Shown: positions 62,150 to 64,000 of the stretch, one piece after another
Position numbering within the stretch: the stretch's first letter is position 1
Layout: each line of letters begins with the position of its first letter
Assembly (NCBI GenBank): GCA_902594005.1
Contig: CACJKN010000002.1
Coordinates: forward strand, 3,639-67,638
Source: an uncultured SAR86 cluster bacterium
GTDB taxonomy: Bacteria; Pseudomonadota; Gammaproteobacteria; Magnimaribacterales; D2472
Length of the DNA: 64,000 bases
Direction of reading: 5' to 3'
Notes under the pieces: model-generated
The model's database searches: none
Told to the model about the DNA's origin: nothing
What the model saw: the letters and a program-made list of their open reading frames with translations, nothing else
Program-made: the position numbers and the translations under genes

Positions 62150-64000
62150 TTAGAAATCCTTTTGGAATCTAACTCCATATGCCATTGGAGGAGCATACAT
62201 TGCTTTAACAAATCCAGCATTAGCAGGATATGAATCAGTCTTTATAAGCTCATCAGTAGCATTATGTATGTAAAACTCTAAGCCCCAAGCATTAGCCTCA
62301 TTAATGAAAACCATACTAGTATTAACTGTATGCAAGTCATCTCTTCCACTATGGAATGGCTCTCTGTCATAGTTGCTTTCGTTATAGAACATTTCACCAG
62401 TGTAATTAACATTAATAATATTCATGATTCTAAAGCCGTTGCCAGTGTATGTATTATGCTCAAACTGAAGATTCCATGATAATTCCGGAGACCATGTTAG
62501 ATGTTTGCCACTTAAATCAATGGTTCCATCTGCATTGCACGGATCAACACCGACTAAAGCTCTTTCCATACAAAGATATCCATCTTGTGTAGCTTCAGCA
62601 GAACTTGATCCACCATTTTCTGTATCAAGCATTGATACCCAACCAAATAGACGACCTGCTTCATAAGGTCTCCAATCAAATTCTAGCTCAACACCTTGAA
62701 TGGTTGAATTTGGAACATTCTTTGTCATCAGTGTATAAATAGCTTGGCCATCTAATTCTCTGTATCCAACAAAACCAAATAATGTTCTTTGCATATCTTC
62801 GTAATCGCTGTAGAAAACGTTACCTAAAAGTTTGAGATCGCCATCGAGATGAACTGATTTAAAACCAAGCTCATATGTAGTATTTAATTCAGAATCATAC
62901 TCAAAGTTTATGAACTCACCATCGCCTCTATCAACATTATCGCCAAATCCACCAGCTTTATAACCAGTTGCAACTGATGCATAAAGGAATAGATCATCGT
63001 TTGCGATATAGTCAGCGCCCAGTCTCCATGTTCCTTGATCCCATTTAGCATCATAGTCATTTCGTGCATTAGCTACGAATGCTGAAAGATCATCACTACC
63101 GCTGATACCCATGCTTGGAAGCAAGTCATCAGATTGATAGTATTGATTCCATGGTGAGAAGGTAAAGTTTGTTCCATCAAAACCAGTTAGTGTTGTATCT
63201 CCAACAAAATCATAGCTTTCAAACCAAAAACAAGGGCCTCCATTACAATAAGCATTAGCATTATCGAAGTAGCCATATGTTTTATAAGTTCTTCCACCTA
63301 CGTCTCTTTTTTCATCCCATGTATGCCTATAACCTACTGTTAGGTTTAGACCATCAACACCTGTTTTATAGTCTAGTTGACCAAAAATAGCTGAAGTTTC
63401 TGTAGTTCTTTCTGGTTGAAGATATATTTCATGTAGCGGTCTAATAATTGGTCCAAGGAATGGCATTTCTACATCAAATCTAGTGTATGTCTCTTCATCC
63501 ATATGGAAAATACCGGCCACCCATTGAACGTCTCCTTCACCATCAGATTTAAGTTGGAACTCAAGGACATTAGATTTGTTATTCTGAATTGTTCTGTAAA
63601 GCTCATCAAACCACATAGGTTTAACAGCATTATTAAGAGCTGCTGCTGCATTTCCAGGAGAAAGTCCAAGAAGGCCAGCTACTGCATCTAAATCCTGCAT
63701 CCAAAAAGAGTACTGACAGCCATATGCGAATGATGATTCAACAGAACCACCCCAACCCATTTGACAGTTGTCATAACCCATATCCCAAGCAGTATTTTGG
63801 TAATATGCATCTCCATTAAAACCTGTTCCATTTGAACCAGCTACTCTAGGACCCCATCCATATTGGTAACCAAATAAGCCGCCAAAATGTCCTCTTAGTG
63901 CTGTCCAATTCATCATCATTGAATCAGGATGATTTCTAACAAAGCCATAAGCCGGGTGAGTTGGTGAAGTATGAAAACCACCATCACCATCGTACATTTG
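62150..64000 (-). CDS. TonB-dependent outer-membrane receptor, C-terminal ~616 codons (5' end lies beyond the right window edge)
   Basis: The frame stays open through position 64000 (Q precedes the track's Met). Alternating aromatic beta-strand pattern (YELGFKS, LGNVFYSDYEDMQ, GVELEFDW) and a C-terminal ...YGVRFQKDF with terminal Phe. Confidence 0.8.
   Translation of the reverse strand, partial: QMYDGDGGFHTSPTHPAYGFVRNHPDSMMMNWTALRGHFGGLFGYQYGWGPRVAGSNGTGFNGDAYYQNTAWDMGYDNCQMGWGGSVESSFAYGCQYSFWMQDLDAVAGLLGLSPGNAAAALNNAVKPMWFDELYRTIQNNKSNVLEFQLKSDGEGDVQWVAGIFHMDEETYTRFDVEMPFLGPIIRPLHEIYLQPERTTETSAIFGQLDYKTGVDGLNLTVGYRHTWDEKRDVGGRTYKTYGYFDNANAYCNGGPCFWFESYDFVGDTTLTGFDGTNFTFSPWNQYYQSDDLLPSMGISGSDDLSAFVANARNDYDAKWDQGTWRLGADYIANDDLFLYASVATGYKAGGFGDNVDRGDGEFINFEYDSELNTTYELGFKSVHLDGDLKLLGNVFYSDYEDMQRTLFGFVGYRELDGQAIYTLMTKNVPNSTIQGVELEFDWRPYEAGRLFGWVSMLDTENGGSSSAEATQDGYLCMERALVGVDPCNADGTIDLSGKHLTWSPELSWNLQFEHNTYTGNGFRIMNIINVNYTGEMFYNESNYDREPFHSGRDDLHTVNTSMVFINEANAWGLEFYIHNATDELIKTDSYPANAGFVKAMYAPPMAYGVRFQKDF

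Noticed and set aside
1-64000. CRISPR arrays, rRNA genes, toxin-antitoxin pairs, restriction-modification or other recognisable defence systems, insertion sequences
   Set aside because: I saw no regularly spaced direct repeats and no cas, transposase, integrase, methyltransferase or nuclease motifs in any listed ORF. The only non-tRNA structured or repeated elements found are those reported above.

Overview
AT-rich (about 30% G+C by eye), very gene-dense chromosomal segment. It looks like a streamlined marine-type gammaproteobacterium. Gene order resembles E. coli at mltG-fabF-acpP-fabG-fabD-rpmF-rluC/rne and at mrp/metG, but several genes are missing from those blocks. I can support about 70 protein genes, 3 tRNAs (Arg-ACG, Gly-UCC, Gly-GCC), a few intrinsic terminators and one candidate structured RNA. 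Left third (1-21 kb): housekeeping genes. Middle (21.5-37.8 kb): a 16-kb co-directional minus-strand array, phoB-phoR / gspCDEFGHIJKLM / pit-porin-tetR-beta-propeller phytase-dedA-HIT. This places a complete but minimal type II secretion system between the phosphate two-component regulator and phosphate-scavenging genes. It is my top candidate for an undescribed functional unit (a Pho-linked secretion and uptake system). Right third contains: two acyl-CoA ligases, ggt and an unlinked prepilin peptidase; an accessory patch next to tRNA-Gly(UCC) with three tandem paralogous secreted proteins of unknown family, PhoD, an esterase, a PncC-like/NadD-like fusion and a divergent stand-alone L33; a pyk-SSS-GH3-glk beta-glucoside operon preceded by a near-consensus promoter, a ~220-nt structured GGA-rich RNA and a terminator; glcB; and a ~1.9-kb G+C-rich insertion (glycosyltransferase + Kdo kinase + a 3' gene remnant) beside tRNA-Gly(GCC). 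The window ends inside a TonB-dependent receptor. I saw no CRISPR array, transposase, integrase or rRNA. All function calls come from reading motifs in the supplied translations and from hand analysis of the DNA. No database search was run.
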